From contig JAYQTQ010000001.1 in assembly GCA_038147455.1 (NCBI GenBank), positions 268,875 through 332,874 on the forward strand: a stretch of DNA of 64,000 nucleotides. The letters are read 5' to 3'. Numbering within the stretch: the stretch's first letter is position 1; each line of letters opens with the position of its first letter. This stretch comes from Burkholderiaceae bacterium (GTDB lineage Bacteria > Pseudomonadota > Gammaproteobacteria > Burkholderiales > Burkholderiaceae_A). The notes beneath the pieces are model-generated. The model was not told where the DNA came from and ran no database searches. It worked only from the letters and a program-made list of their open reading frames with translations. Shown here piece by piece: positions 10,909 to 22,024 of this stretch. Position numbers and translations under genes: made by a program.

Positions 10909-12490
10909 TTACTGATTTTTCAAGCTCAATTGATTTAGAGCCTCGCTGGCTAACCCCTCTCCAGCCTCTCGGTATAAATTGAAGGAAGGAACACCCATTT
11001 TTAATAACTCATCAACTTCAGTTTCATGCTTCGCTATTGCAACTACTTTGCAATTTACCTCGCTCGCCTGAATCCTTTCCGCAGCATATACATTGCTCAT
11101 ATGATTTGGCATAGCAAGTATAATCATCTCTTCTATCGATTTCGCCTGGTGCACCATATTCCAAAAGTCTGTATCCGTAGCATCTGCTACCTCCACGTTA
11201 AAACCTTGATTCCTTAAATCTAAAGCACGGTCATCATTCAACTCTATTCCAAGAACTTTCCCCGGTCTGGCTTGCTCCAGAACTTTATAAGCTCCGGTTC
11301 CTACTCTTCCCATCCCAATAATCAAGACTGTAGCTTCCCCTGTATCTAACACCTTGTCTTTCGGATGAAGGGTATCTTTTTGAAAAGAATATAATGCCTT
11401 TTTATACTTTTGATATATCACTTCTGCATTTTTACTAAATGGCGCAGCAGCAAAACTAATACTCACTGCAATTGCAATAACTAATAACCATTCAACGGAT
11501 AGGAATCCTTGTGAAACACCGAGTGCAGCAACAATTAATCCGAATTCAGAAAAATTTCCTAGTGTTATTGCATTAAGCAAACTTGTTCTCGACCTCAGAC
11601 CAAAACGCGATGTAATAAAAAAATACAACCACGTTTTTGCAGGAAGTATTAATACTAAGCCTATTGCAGTTAAAATTATTGGAATAGTTGGCAACCCCTG
11701 CATTCCAACAGATAAGAAAAAACCGACCAGCATTAATTCCTTAAAGCTAAACAAAGATTTTGCTAGCGCTTTAGACTTCGGATGATTTGAAATTACAATT
11801 CCAAGAATAAGAGCACCTAGATCTCCTTTAAGATCAACTGAATAGAAAAATTCATAACCTGCGACCAAAGCAAAAAAAAGCCCGCTGACAACTAGTAATT
11901 CACCATAGCCAGCATGATCAATAAGCTTATAAATTAGCTTCTTCACGGGAGGCAAAAATAATAGTAAAACCAGTAATGCATAAAAACTGGGATACTTTCC
12001 TTCGCTGACTGCTAAAAATATAACAGCAAAGATATCTTGCATGACTAAAATACCGATAGCAATCTTTCCATAGAATGCCCCCATGTCACCTTTGTCTTCT
12101 AGAACTTTTACAGCATAGACAGTGCTCGAAAAAGAAAGACCGAATGCTAATACAATAATAGCTGGGATTGACAAGTCAAAAAATGGCACCTCAAACAGAA
12201 GCGTGCCAGTAAATATCACAATAGAAAACAAAAATGTTGAAACCACAATGTGGGCAACAGACGTCCCCAAACTTCCGCAGTAGCTAAATCTCTAATTTTA
12301 AGCTTTAATCCAATTGAAAATAGTAAGAGGGTTACCCCTAGATCTGCAATTGTTTCAAGGCCCTCTGGAATATCAAATCCAGCCAAATTATATGCAAATC
12401 CAGCGGTGAGAAATCCAACCATTGAGGAAGGCCAACACGGCTAAGTAATAACCCAAAAAAGAAAGCAAAGGTGACAAGTGTGATGATCAT
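10909..12490 (-). pseudogene. CPA2 K+/H+ antiporter with C-terminal TrkA-N domain (Kef/YbaL type), one frameshift near 12240
   Basis: The 453-aa ORF has a multi-TM core and VLIIGMGRVGTGAYKVLEQ (Rossmann TrkA-N). The N-terminal TM helices lie in ORF 12216-12422 and extend to an ATG at 12490. Confidence 0.8.
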
Positions 12491-12907
12491 ACTCTGTTAG
12501 GTAGTTGATTAATGCAAAGAAGAAATACGAATTTTACTGTAAATTAACAAGTGATAAGTATATACCTATTTTTCAAAAATATTACAGATAAGTCGAAAAC
12601 AAAGGCTGAGTTTAGCTTAATAATTAGGGGTCAAATTCCTTGACCCTGCTCTTGATTGTTTTCTAATAATGGTCAGTACAATTAATGAATCCTCTAATAA
12701 ATTATTTTTTAACCCAAAAAAAACTACGTTTTGAGTCCACCTGTCTGCCATCTGTAAAATTATTGAGCAGCCCTTTAAAATCAAATCACGAAATAAAAAC
12801 ACTAACTATCAACCTAGTATGTGCTCGGGGCAAATTTTCCGTCTCATAACACTAAGAGTAGCGATTGCGCCACTTCTTTTGTAATCTTCAGCTAGCTGGT
12901 TTTTCTG

Positions 12908-13123
12908 TTAGCTATCGATATACAAAATTGCCTTTTCTCTGTCATAACTAATCTCTACACCATCTCTTTCAACATATTTGATGTCCTCTTTACCTGTCAC
13001 CGGATCTTTACCGAAAGTAATCCTTCCCTCTTTCCCAACTCTGTTCCGGGTCACTATTTTAAAATCCTCCCCAGATACATTTATTTCATTAATTTTTTCT
13101 TTTAATTCACTTAGATACAACAT
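12908..13123 (-). CDS. hypothetical small protein
   Basis: GGAGAG lies 3 nt upstream of the internal ATG (MLYLSELKEK...). No recognisable domain. Confidence 0.3.
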   Translation of the reverse strand: MLYLSELKEKINEINVSGEDFKIVTRNRVGKEGRITFGKDPVTGKEDIKYVERDGVEISYDREKAILYIDS

Positions 13124-13719
13124 AATCTCTCCAATCCCTTTAAATTTTTCTCCTTTATACAACAAACTTCTGAACTACCTTTGTACTCATCAAGTTGTTT
13201 ATTGTTACACGTTAAGATTAAAGATAACAAACTTTCAAGATGACAAACTTTCCTCTTGAGCAATTCTGAACGTTTCCCCCTCTTTAATTCACTTGAATCT
13301 CGCTTTAAATTTGCCAAAATTGTAAGAAATTAATTCCAATAAAAAAATTAAACTTCCTGACTAAAAAAGCAACTGAGAGTAAAATTTATTTTCTTTTTTT
13401 GTTATTCTTAGATGGTGAATTTGATTTTTTCTATCAAAGAATATTTGTTTAAACCTTAAACCATGTTGACCGCAAAGATTATCCGCAGCAAAAATTACGG
13501 GCTAAACGGACCATCATTTACTCTTTGTTTTTGAAAAGACTACGCTGAAATATCCTCAGTTTAAATACGTTCCTGAAAAGTGAAGACTTTCATCTTAGAG
13601 GTTGTATTCGCTTGTAAAGACTGTCAAATTATAGTCTGACCGGTAACAAATATTTGTTTTCGGTAGTACGAGTATTTAAAACAATCCAAACAACAAAAAC
13701 TTCTGTGAAAGGAATAGTG

Positions 13720-13995
13720 ATGTCGACTATAGGCCAAGGTAGAATAAAAGTAGTAAGACTGTTTGTAACGAGAACCGTCAAACAATCTGCAGAGATAACT
13801 GTGGAGCTAGAGGATGAAGATTATGAAGACATAAAAGATGGGAAACTTAATTTTCAAACATTTTTTAAAAAAAAATTCAAAGATCGTGCAGGCTATGACA
13901 ATATCGGTTGGTTAGAAACCAACGCTAGCGACACCGATGTAGAACAAGGGGAAGTCGGGACATTCCACGCAGAGGAGTTTTTGTGTAATTTCTAA
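13720..13995 (+). CDS. hypothetical acidic small protein
   Basis: AAAGGA lies 6 nt upstream of the internal ATG (MSTIGQGRIK...). No recognisable domain. Confidence 0.3.
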   Translation: MSTIGQGRIKVVRLFVTRTVKQSAEITVELEDEDYEDIKDGKLNFQTFFKKKFKDRAGYDNIGWLETNASDTDVEQGEVGTFHAEEFLCNF

Positions 13996-14075
13996 TTATC
14001 CCCTTATTCAATCAGTATGATGAAAACCATCAGCCGACGAAAACAATTCTAGCGAAGCCAAAAACTCAAGCAATT

Positions 14076-14529
14076 TTATGATTTACGTAAAATTTGAACT
14101 GCTCCAATTACGCCAAAACCGACAAAGCAAACCATAACCCAGCCTGGCATACTAAAACCCATTAGCTGCCATTGAACCTCGGCGCAATTGCCATCACCAC
14201 TAAGTAACATGGTGACGGCTTCGGTTATCGAAAAGTTATCAAATAGTTGTTCGACGGGGATGCCACAAGAGGGCACCTGACTTTCGGGTAAACTTTGCAG
14301 CCAAAGTTGCTTACCAGAAAAATAAATGCCTGTAATGACCATGGCCATCGATAGAAGAAGCATAGACCCTTTGCCCAAATTGCCTTGGGTTATGTATTGC
14401 AGCGAGAACACATATCATTCCGATTACAATAATAATTCCGCGCTGTATCATACATAAATAACACGGCTCTAATTTGAGACTATTCTCAAAATATGCAACA
14501 GCAATAGTAATTAAAGCGATACTGCCCAA
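14076..14529 (-). pseudogene. dsbB: disulfide bond formation protein B, frameshifted
   Basis: PCYLCMIQR (first CxxC pair after TM1) lies in ORF 14311-14529. The second periplasmic loop with Cys residues (SCGIP.., GDGNCAEVQW) and TM4 lie in ORF 14076-14411, in another frame. Confidence 0.75.
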
Positions 14530-14632
14530 CGCTTGTACTAGATTAATAATTCTATAACTGGGAAGATTTCCATTGTTAGCATTTCAAACTTCTTCTTCTG
14601 CATTAATTCATAAAACTAATTTTTAAAAACTC

Positions 14633-14662
14633 TTGATATTTTGTGCGTTGCACCAATATAAT
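14633..14662 (+). promoter_or_regulatory. sigma70-like promoter upstream of the phasin gene
   Basis: TTGATA (14633-14638), an 18-nt spacer, then TATAAT (14657-14662), about 40 nt upstream of the phasin ATG. The spacer contains the small palindrome GTGCGTTGCAC. Confidence 0.35.
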
Positions 14663-14700
14663 ATATTGCAGTGCGGCAAACAACGCAATTGGAGGTAAAA

Positions 14701-15222
14701 ATGACATCATTTCCGGCTATTGAGTATTATTCCACATTCTTAAAAAAATCTACCAAAACTATGTCAGATTTTTCGAATGTAGCTTTTGATAAGTTTGGAC
14801 AGGTAAACGACCACAACATCAAGTTCAAGAAAAATGCTCTTGATGGAACTAATAACGCTGTAACAACAATGCTTGAGGTTAAGGATCCTAAGGAGTTTAT
14901 AGAGTTTGCGCAAAATTCTGTCGGGCCAGTTTCCGCAAAGGTAACAGATTACTTTAAGACACTCTACAAAATAAACTCCAATTTTTTAAAATCAAGTTCT
15001 GAATATGTTGAAAGTGAAAGTGAAGAAATCAACAAGATTATTACTAATCAGGTTGAAGAGATGAGTTTTTTTAAAAAAAACGCTCCTGCTGGCACTGAAG
15101 GGGTTGTCGCCATGACGAAATCATCATTAGCTGCTTCATCTTCTACATATGAATCAATGACAAAGGCTGCAAAGCAGGTTTTTGATATTGTCGATAATAA
15201 TACAAGCTGCTTCAAAAGCTAG
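14701..15222 (+). CDS. phasin family protein (PHA granule-associated)
   Basis: GGAGGT RBS before the ATG at 14701. Low-complexity helical protein with composition typical of phasins (..FAQNSVGPVSAKVTDYFKTLYKINSNFL..). Confidence 0.6.
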   Translation: MTSFPAIEYYSTFLKKSTKTMSDFSNVAFDKFGQVNDHNIKFKKNALDGTNNAVTTMLEVKDPKEFIEFAQNSVGPVSAKVTDYFKTLYKINSNFLKSSSEYVESESEEINKIITNQVEEMSFFKKNAPAGTEGVVAMTKSSLAASSSTYESMTKAAKQVFDIVDNNTSCFKS

Positions 15223-16030
15223 TGAATTATTTAGTGACCGTGCTTTTAACAAAACAAAGAAGGCAAAAAGCTAATACTTAATCCCTTTATTTTTTCTCAA
15301 AACCCTTAAGAAAGTAACACTGTCGAAATTGCTCGCATAATATTTCCGGATATCTTACATCTGGACAAAAAGAAATTGAACCGCTCTTTGAATTTAATGT
15401 GGGTGAATTGCAATGTACAATTACCTTTACTCGCTTACTCTTAGGAAAATATTCGAAGAAAAAAAGAGATTCCTCAGAAGAATAAGTGTAACGACATAAT
15501 GTATCTACGAATAAATTTTGCAAAGTTTAAAAAGCTTTGACTGTAATTGTTGCCATTTTAGTTTTTCTTCAGGTTCTTGGTTTATTTTTAATAAAATCAA
15601 AAGAGTCATTAGGACCAAAAAGAAATCATTCAAGCAACCATTCATCTTGTCAATTATTTGCCAGTATCGAACAAGTCCTTTCATGATGCAATCTATTCCA
15701 GAAGGTCCCCGAGCTTTCTTTGGTGGCAGCAAAGTAAATATAAGAGCGCCTAAAGGACAAAAAATGCAACTTGTAGCTAGTAGCCGTTATCCTGACTTTT
15801 AGTTTTGAAGGACCAATAATCCGTCTTGCAAGGAGAAAACACCGTAATAGCTGACTGTGAAGGGAAAAGGTCCTTCTACTTTGGAAGGATTAAAAGGAAA
15901 TTTTTAGTTGGTGCTATTTGATAGTCGTTAAGTTTCCTGGAACTTCATGAGTTACACAAACGAGAACGTTTACTTTTATAGCGCTAAAGTGTTTTAACTT
16001 TTAGCTGCTATCATATAATTAGTATTATTT

Positions 16031-16096
16031 TATTGATTGCTGGGTGTGTGTCTCTATCTAGCACCACAAAAGCTAGCACCTCATAGTTTTAAGGGA
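16031..16096. repeat. R2 repeat, copy a (contains conserved hairpin CTAGC-loop-GCTAG)
   Basis: TATTGATTGCTGGGTGTGTGTCTCTATCTAGCACCACAAAAGCTAGCACCTCATAGTTTTAAGGGA aligns with 45325-45388. It abuts the truncated GST remnant. Confidence 0.5.
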
Positions 16097-16450
16097 GATG
16101 CTTTCAATTTGCAGATGTTTTAAATGATAATTTTGTGATTTTGAGTCAGGTGCAAAAAATTCTCTGAAAATTTAGTGATAAATATAATAAGTTTTCTTCC
16201 ATCTACTCTTAAAACAAAATTAAACTTAACGAGTAGTTAAATATTCCAAGATTGGTGGAATTAGTACCAATGATGGGTCAAACGATGTTTTTTTCAACTT
16301 ATAATAAAAAAGAACTATAGTAATCATTCAGTCATAAAAAGGTGTATGGATAAAGTCGTCGTCTTTTGCGGTTATTAAATTAACAATAAGTGGGCCGCAA
16401 TTATTAACAAACAAAGATATCTTTAACATATTAGAACCATTATAAAATAA
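16092..16450 (+). pseudogene. remnant of a Nu-class GST paralog
   Basis: Nucleotide similarity to the middle of 26580-27308. For example, GCAGATGTTTTAAATGATAATTTTGTGATTTTGAGTCAGG matches GTAGATGTTTCAAATAATGATTTTGTAGTTTTTGAGTCAGG, and ..CCAATGATGGGTCAAACGATGTTTTTTTCAAC matches ..CCAATGATGGGTCAAGCGATGTTTTTTCAAC. Many stops. Confidence 0.6.
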
Positions 16451-18271
16451 GGGAGTGTTCACTGGCTGAAACTAAAGATCAAAAGACTGTAAATCGTTGA
16501 AGCAATGCCAGTTTTTGGAGGACAATTTTTGTTTACAAGAAATAAAAACTTAGAAAAATTATTTACAGAGGCGCTTAACATAGGCATGTTAACAAATATT
16601 TAAATATATGGAGGGCTCTTAAGTTATACAACAAAAATTTTAAAAAGAGGAACAGATAATGTTACCGTCTGACCGGTTTAGCCAAAGCTACGTGTTATGT
16701 TGATGTAATCAGTGTTCTGGTCAAGAAATATTTTTCAAAGCTGCTATTCTTAAAAAAAGGAGCGCCGAACATAAAGCACATAGACTCCTTGATTTCCAGA
16801 GAGGGTGATTTTTACCTCACATTAAGCAAACCTAAAACAGACAGAAAAATATGGGAGTTCCTGACTTCAGTTTTGAAACCCGCATTCTTCCTGTAGAAGT
16901 TTTTGTTCTGACGTTAGGAAAATTTCTATCTAGCTAGAGAAATGTTTTTCTGATGCTAGAAAATATTACAGAAAAAGCTCTCAGTGGAAATAGATGATAA
17001 AGATGTTACTTTGCCATCCAGGGGAATAGGGTTTATCCACCTTTTTTGACTACTAAATTTAAGACGTTTTCAAATGTTTTCTAAATCTCTAAAATTCTCT
17101 GGTAGTAACATTAATATCACTCATCATGTTAGAACCGCCCTTTTTGCTAAATCAGCAGATAGGGTTATAAAACGACCGAAGCTAAACGGCTTTTAAAACA
17201 TAGTAGCTCAAAGAAGAACCAAAAAAACTTTGGAAGACGTGGGCAAAAGCTTCCCTGAGAAATATTGTATCATTTATCGGATTATGAAAGCATTTAACAT
17301 CCTTTGACTAAAAGACACCAGTTTTCCGGAATACCCTTCTAAAAGAGCAAGGGCAAATTTAACTGATGAAAAAATGCACAACCAAAATTTTAATAGCCTT
17401 GGAGATATTGACGCTATGTTGTGATGTTGAAAATTACACACACGATAAGTCTCCTATTTTCTTTGTTGCTGCTAAAAGAAAGTATTTTAAGCTTTTTTTG
17501 AAAATCTATATAACAGTATCTGGAAATTTAACGGAACAGAGTAATTCACTATCCTTCTCTTTGCTAGTGAGCACTGAAATTATTTCTGTACTCAACAAAA
17601 CACGTCTCAAACAGATTCTCGTTGAGCTTTTGAGATTTACACTCCTCAGCAGATGAAAACCACCGGTTTTTACCGTAAGACGTTTTTGCCTGAATGTACC
17701 ATTTACTTAGAGCTATTAAGTGCCCTATTCTATTGGCAGATATTGATTTAGTTGCTCGAGAGATGTTGAGAAAATTTTTGAGGAACTTAAAAGATTCGGA
17801 TATTGGTATCCTGCTCAGATGCAGCATGACTCAGTAATTAACCAAAGGTTTTAGCTTCCATCTGTTTTATTGTAAACCAAACGAAAATGGTTTAGCGTTT
17901 CTTCGATTTTGTTAATAATTATATGTTTAGGTTGGAATCAACAGGAGACCCAGCCTGGTTTATCGATCAGATGGCGCTATATGCAGCGTATAATTATTAT
18001 GCGAATGTGGAAAAATTGTAAATTTTTATAAAATTCCAGAAAAGTTGATTATTGCGAACCATCAAGAAATTGATTTTGATAAAACAGCATTCATTCACGA
18101 TAAGGGACTTGGCAATTGCTTTTAGAGTAAAGGAACTTGATTTCCCTGACTGGTATATTTTAAAACATAAAGCTACCAGCAAAAGGATGTTATAAGTTTC
18201 TCTGTCTCTAAATCAAGCACCTTCAGCTTTTGCACCAATCTTTTGATAGTTACCCACACTGTTACTCACAC

Positions 18272-18700
18272 CTAAAACGGCATCCAAATCCCATCTTCTA
18301 TCTGAGGTGCAACAAGAAACATTTTCTGGGGACTCTGCAAAAACAATCAGTGCAGCTGCCCAATCCATAAGCTCCTGTATCAAATTGCTCCTTATAATAA
18401 CCTACCTCTCAAACAGGATCCAGGGGTTCTTCCCAAAACATTTTGATATAGAAGATTTATATATTCTTCTTCTGTTGGATTTTCTCCATACTTCGATTTA
18501 AATTCAGGAGATGCAATAAAGTTACGAGCAATCTGAACAACTGATAATCCATTACTTTCCATATCATTCATATGATACGCAACTCCCGGCATATCAGGTG
18601 TTCTTGCAAACGCTGCCTGATACAGTCTATATGCTTGACCAGCTGTATCACCTGGATCAATATCCAACGCAAGGGTTCCGTCTTTAAAAACTCAAGACGT
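18272..18700 (-). pseudogene. DUF4214 domain fragment (paralog of the 7182-8150 C-terminus)
   Basis: ORF 18392-18667 reads GQAYRLYQAAFARTPDMPGVAYHMNDMESNGLS..LYQNVLGR. After a frameshift the tail ends ..GIWMPF-stop at 18272, as in 7182-8150. No N-terminal domain is present. Confidence 0.7.
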
Positions 18701-19046
18701 CATTGGCTTACTCAACTTGTTACTCTGAATTTCATTCAATTGGCAACGCCCTGTTCTACTTTGCCATCAAACTACAAGAAACATTTCAGGTTACAATGCC
18801 ATAAACATCTAAATATTCTTCTGAGCTGAAACCCTTTGACGAATATGTGTTACTAACCAACTTCATGAAACTAATTACTCATGCAATCTACCTCACTCTC
18901 AGTCACTCAAAGAATTTTTATATTATAAATTTCTGCTTTTAAGATAAAAAATGATAGAGTCTCAAACTTCGGTTCCAAAACCCTTCCCTCGGTTAACAAT
19001 AAGTTTTCTACCATTACAAATTTCTTTCCAAAAATAAGGAGCTACT

Positions 19047-20573
19047 TTGCGGTCGGTTAACATAAATTTCAAAGAAGTTAAAATTAACATATTAAGTGGA
19101 TTAACAGTTGCCCTTGCGATGGTTACTGAGGCTATTGCGTTTGCTCTAATTGCCCAAGTGTCACCACTAACGGGACTCTACGCAGCTTTTATGGTCTCAC
19201 TAATCACATCAGTTTTTGGCGGAAGGCCGGGCATGATATCTGGCGCAACAGGCGCACTCGCTGTTGTAATGGTTGCTTTAGTTGTTCAGCATGGTATCGA
19301 GTATTTATTTGCCACAGTAGTCATGATGGGAGTTTTACAAATTTTGTTTGCAGTAGCAAAACTGGGTAAGTTTATTCGTATGGTTCCTCATCCGGTAATG
19401 CTAGGTTTTGTTAACGGATTAGCAGTTGTAATATTTCTTGCTCAATTTAATCATTTTAAAAATACATCCCCTGATGGCTCAGTAACATGGATGTCAGGTC
19501 AACAATTGCAAATAATGCTTGCATTAATTGCGATGACTATTTTAATCATTTATGTTCTTCCTAAGCTAACTAAAGCAATTCCTTCAACTTTAGCTGGAAT
19601 TGCATTTGTCTCATTTTTTGTTTTCTTTCTTGGCATTGAAACCAAAACCGTTGGTGATTTAGGATCCATTTCTGGTGGTCTTCCTGCCTTTCATATACCG
19701 CAAGTCCCTTTGAATATCGATACTATAGTAATAATCTTTCCCTACGCATTAATTCTTGCAAGCATTGGTTTGATAGAAACATTGTTAACGCTTAATCTTA
19801 TAGACGATATGACAGATACCCGCGGGAAACCAAACCGAGAGTCAATGGCACAAGGCATTGCAAATATTTTCACCGGATTTTTCGGAGGGATGGGTGGATG
19901 TGCGATGATTGGCCAAAGTATGATCAATATAAATAATGGAGCTATAAAGCGATTATCTGGGATAGCAACCGCAATTTTTTTAATTTGCTTTATTATGTTC
20001 GCATCCAAATGGATAGAGATGATTCCCCTTGCGGCCCTTATTGGCGTAATGTTCGTGGTTGCGGAAAAGACATTCGAGTGGGGCACACTTCGTTTATTTG
20101 GCAAAGTACCAAAGCAGGATATTTTTGTTGGTCTTCTTGTAGGAGCGGTAACTGTCATAGCTGATTTAGCACTTGCAGTCTTCCTTGGAGTAATAGTGTC
20201 CGCATTAATTTTTGCATGGGAGCATGCTAAAAATATCAAAGTTCAAACAAAATTTGATGAAAAAGGTTGGAAAATTTATGAACTAGAAGGCACTTTATTT
20301 TTCGCGTCTATTGCTAACTTTCAAACATTATTTACACCTCACGATGATCCAAACGACGTTGTTATTGATTTTAAATACTCAAGGGTTTCCGATCATTCTG
20401 CAATTAGTGCTATAGACGCTTTAGCAATTCGATACGAATCCTCAGGAAAAAAACTTCATTTAAAACATCTAAGTCCAGATTGTTTAGAAGTACTAGAAAA
20501 TGCCAAAGGTATGATAGAAGTCAACGTATTAGAAGATCCTAAATATCCCGTAGCTGATGATAAACTAGGGTAG
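19047..20573 (+). CDS. SulP-family anion transporter with C-terminal STAS domain
   Basis: Intact 508-aa ORF with a multi-TM core and a STAS-like tail (KIYELEGTLFFASIANF...VVIDFKYSRVSDHSAISAIDAL). Confidence 0.9.
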   Translation: MRSVNINFKEVKINILSGLTVALAMVTEAIAFALIAQVSPLTGLYAAFMVSLITSVFGGRPGMISGATGALAVVMVALVVQHGIEYLFATVVMMGVLQILFAVAKLGKFIRMVPHPVMLGFVNGLAVVIFLAQFNHFKNTSPDGSVTWMSGQQLQIMLALIAMTILIIYVLPKLTKAIPSTLAGIAFVSFFVFFLGIETKTVGDLGSISGGLPAFHIPQVPLNIDTIVIIFPYALILASIGLIETLLTLNLIDDMTDTRGKPNRESMAQGIANIFTGFFGGMGGCAMIGQSMININNGAIKRLSGIATAIFLICFIMFASKWIEMIPLAALIGVMFVVAEKTFEWGTLRLFGKVPKQDIFVGLLVGAVTVIADLALAVFLGVIVSALIFAWEHAKNIKVQTKFDEKGWKIYELEGTLFFASIANFQTLFTPHDDPNDVVIDFKYSRVSDHSAISAIDALAIRYESSGKKLHLKHLSPDCLEVLENAKGMIEVNVLEDPKYPVADDKLG

Positions 20574-20590
20574 ATAACCCTGTAAATTCC

Positions 20591-20688
20591 TGGCGGAGAG
20601 AGCGGGATTCGAACTGAGCACTTAAACCATTGATTCTAATTAGGATTCTGAATCACTTTTTTGCCGTTACTCACACTATTACTCACAG
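20591..20688. repeat. att-like repeat copy 1 (tRNA-Ser-like 3' core plus conserved arm)
   Basis: TGGCGGAGAGAGCGGGATTCGAAC followed by TGAGCACTTAAACCATTGATTCTAATTAGGATTCTGAATCACTTTTTTGCCGTTACTCACACTATTACTCACA. It starts 18 nt after the sulP stop. Confidence 0.85.
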
Positions 20689-20887
20689 TTTTACCCATGC
20701 TAGATAACGATTCTTCCTTAACTTTCAGATGAATCCTCTCAAATGATTAAAACATTTTCGCAGTCAAACTGCAGAAAATCGAAAGCAAGACAATGTTTTT
20801 GATGAAAAAAATGTAAAAATAAATCGACCGTTCATCTTTTTACATTCTAATTAAAACCATGGGCTTCAAAGATATTTATTAAGTGCA

Positions 20888-22024
20888 ATGATAAATTTTA
20901 AAAGACTTTTCCCTAACTTCAAAAATAAAGAACGAGAAATATACTTATGTCTATCTGGCGGTGGGGTCCAGCTATGGAATTTCATTTGGGGTATTAAATA
21001 CCTGCACGGAATGAACATGTTTAAAAGAATTGATTCAATATCAAGGTATCGGCTGGGGAGCCTTTTCAGGGTTATTTTTTCAAAAATGGCTTATCTTGGC
21101 CAAAAGATCAGTCTTTTTTTAGCGAAACAATTCCTTCGATAAAGGAAACGATCCTATCGGGGATTTGTTAAAAAAATAAAAGGATATTACTTTTGAACCA
21201 AACAATAAACAGTTGGATGAATCGTCAAAATAGACTATCCAGCTGCATTAAAAAGTTTGGGGGATTGGACAAAAAAATGGGAGAACTTCTTTTTCCAAAT
21301 TGATAATCAATACAACTTGTGCTGAAACAGGAACGAGATTTTATTTTTTAGGGAAAGATTTTATCGGATACAGATATGGTAGATTTGATGCGAGTAATAT
21401 TTGTATCGCTGACGCTCTTGCAATGTCAAGTGCTTTTCCCATTTTATATTGGTCCATATGTCCTAAAAAACTAGTGAATTTGACTGGAATTATTCGATGG
21501 ACGAAGTTGATCCAGATGAGGACAATATTCAGGAAAAGTTTGAACAAATACATATTCTCGATGGAGGCATTTATGACAATACGGGTCTAGAAGCTTTTTT
21601 ATCGATTGGAAAAGGCTTTAGGAAAAAAGATTATAAGTGTGGCCTTTTTATCCTCTCAGATGCAAGTGAAGTTCTTAGAGAACAAAATTCCTCAGATTGG
21701 TTAGAATTTTCGAATTCTGGGAGGTCCAAAAAAATTATTGCAAATCAAGTAAGAAGTTTAAGAATGCGGAATTTTCACGGATTTTTAGAGAGAGGAGATA
21801 TTTCTGGATACTATTTACGATTAGGAGACAACTACTTCGACAGACAATTATCTATAGGGTCGTTAAGTACAAGACTAAGTCATGATTCTATTATTAACTC
21901 GAAGGTTGGCAAACAAGTTAGTCAGTTAGAGACTGGACTTCAGTCCCTAACTGAAAAAGAATTCGATGGATTAGTCACTTCATGGCTAGAGCTACTTAAT
22001 CAAAAACAAAGATTGTTTCCATAA
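20888..22024 (+). pseudogene. patatin-like phospholipase, several frameshifts
   Basis: CLSGGGV (glycine-rich oxyanion motif) lies in ORF 20888-21142. The GxSxG region is out of frame. ILDGGIYDNTGLE (catalytic Asp motif) lies in ORF 21497-22024. Confidence 0.75.

Noticed and set aside
12628-12646. Perfect 7-bp hairpin GGGTCAA-ATTCC-TTGACCC as a terminator
   Set aside because: No T-run follows on either strand, and it lies about 260 nt from the nearest gene end (12908). I cannot tie it to a transcript.
15287-15802. ORFs 15287-15523, 15505-15732 and 15518-15802 as a frameshifted Cys-rich (YkgJ-like) gene
   Set aside because: The Cys spacing did not convincingly match any family I know, and both strands give comparable noise, so it is left unannotated.
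20591-20614. Calling each TGGCGG..GATTCGAAC unit a tRNA gene or tRNA pseudogene
   Set aside because: Only the 3' terminal 19-24 nt of a tRNA are present. The sequence where the T-stem 5' strand, anticodon arm and D arm should lie is the conserved TGAGCAC.. arm, which cannot form a cloverleaf.
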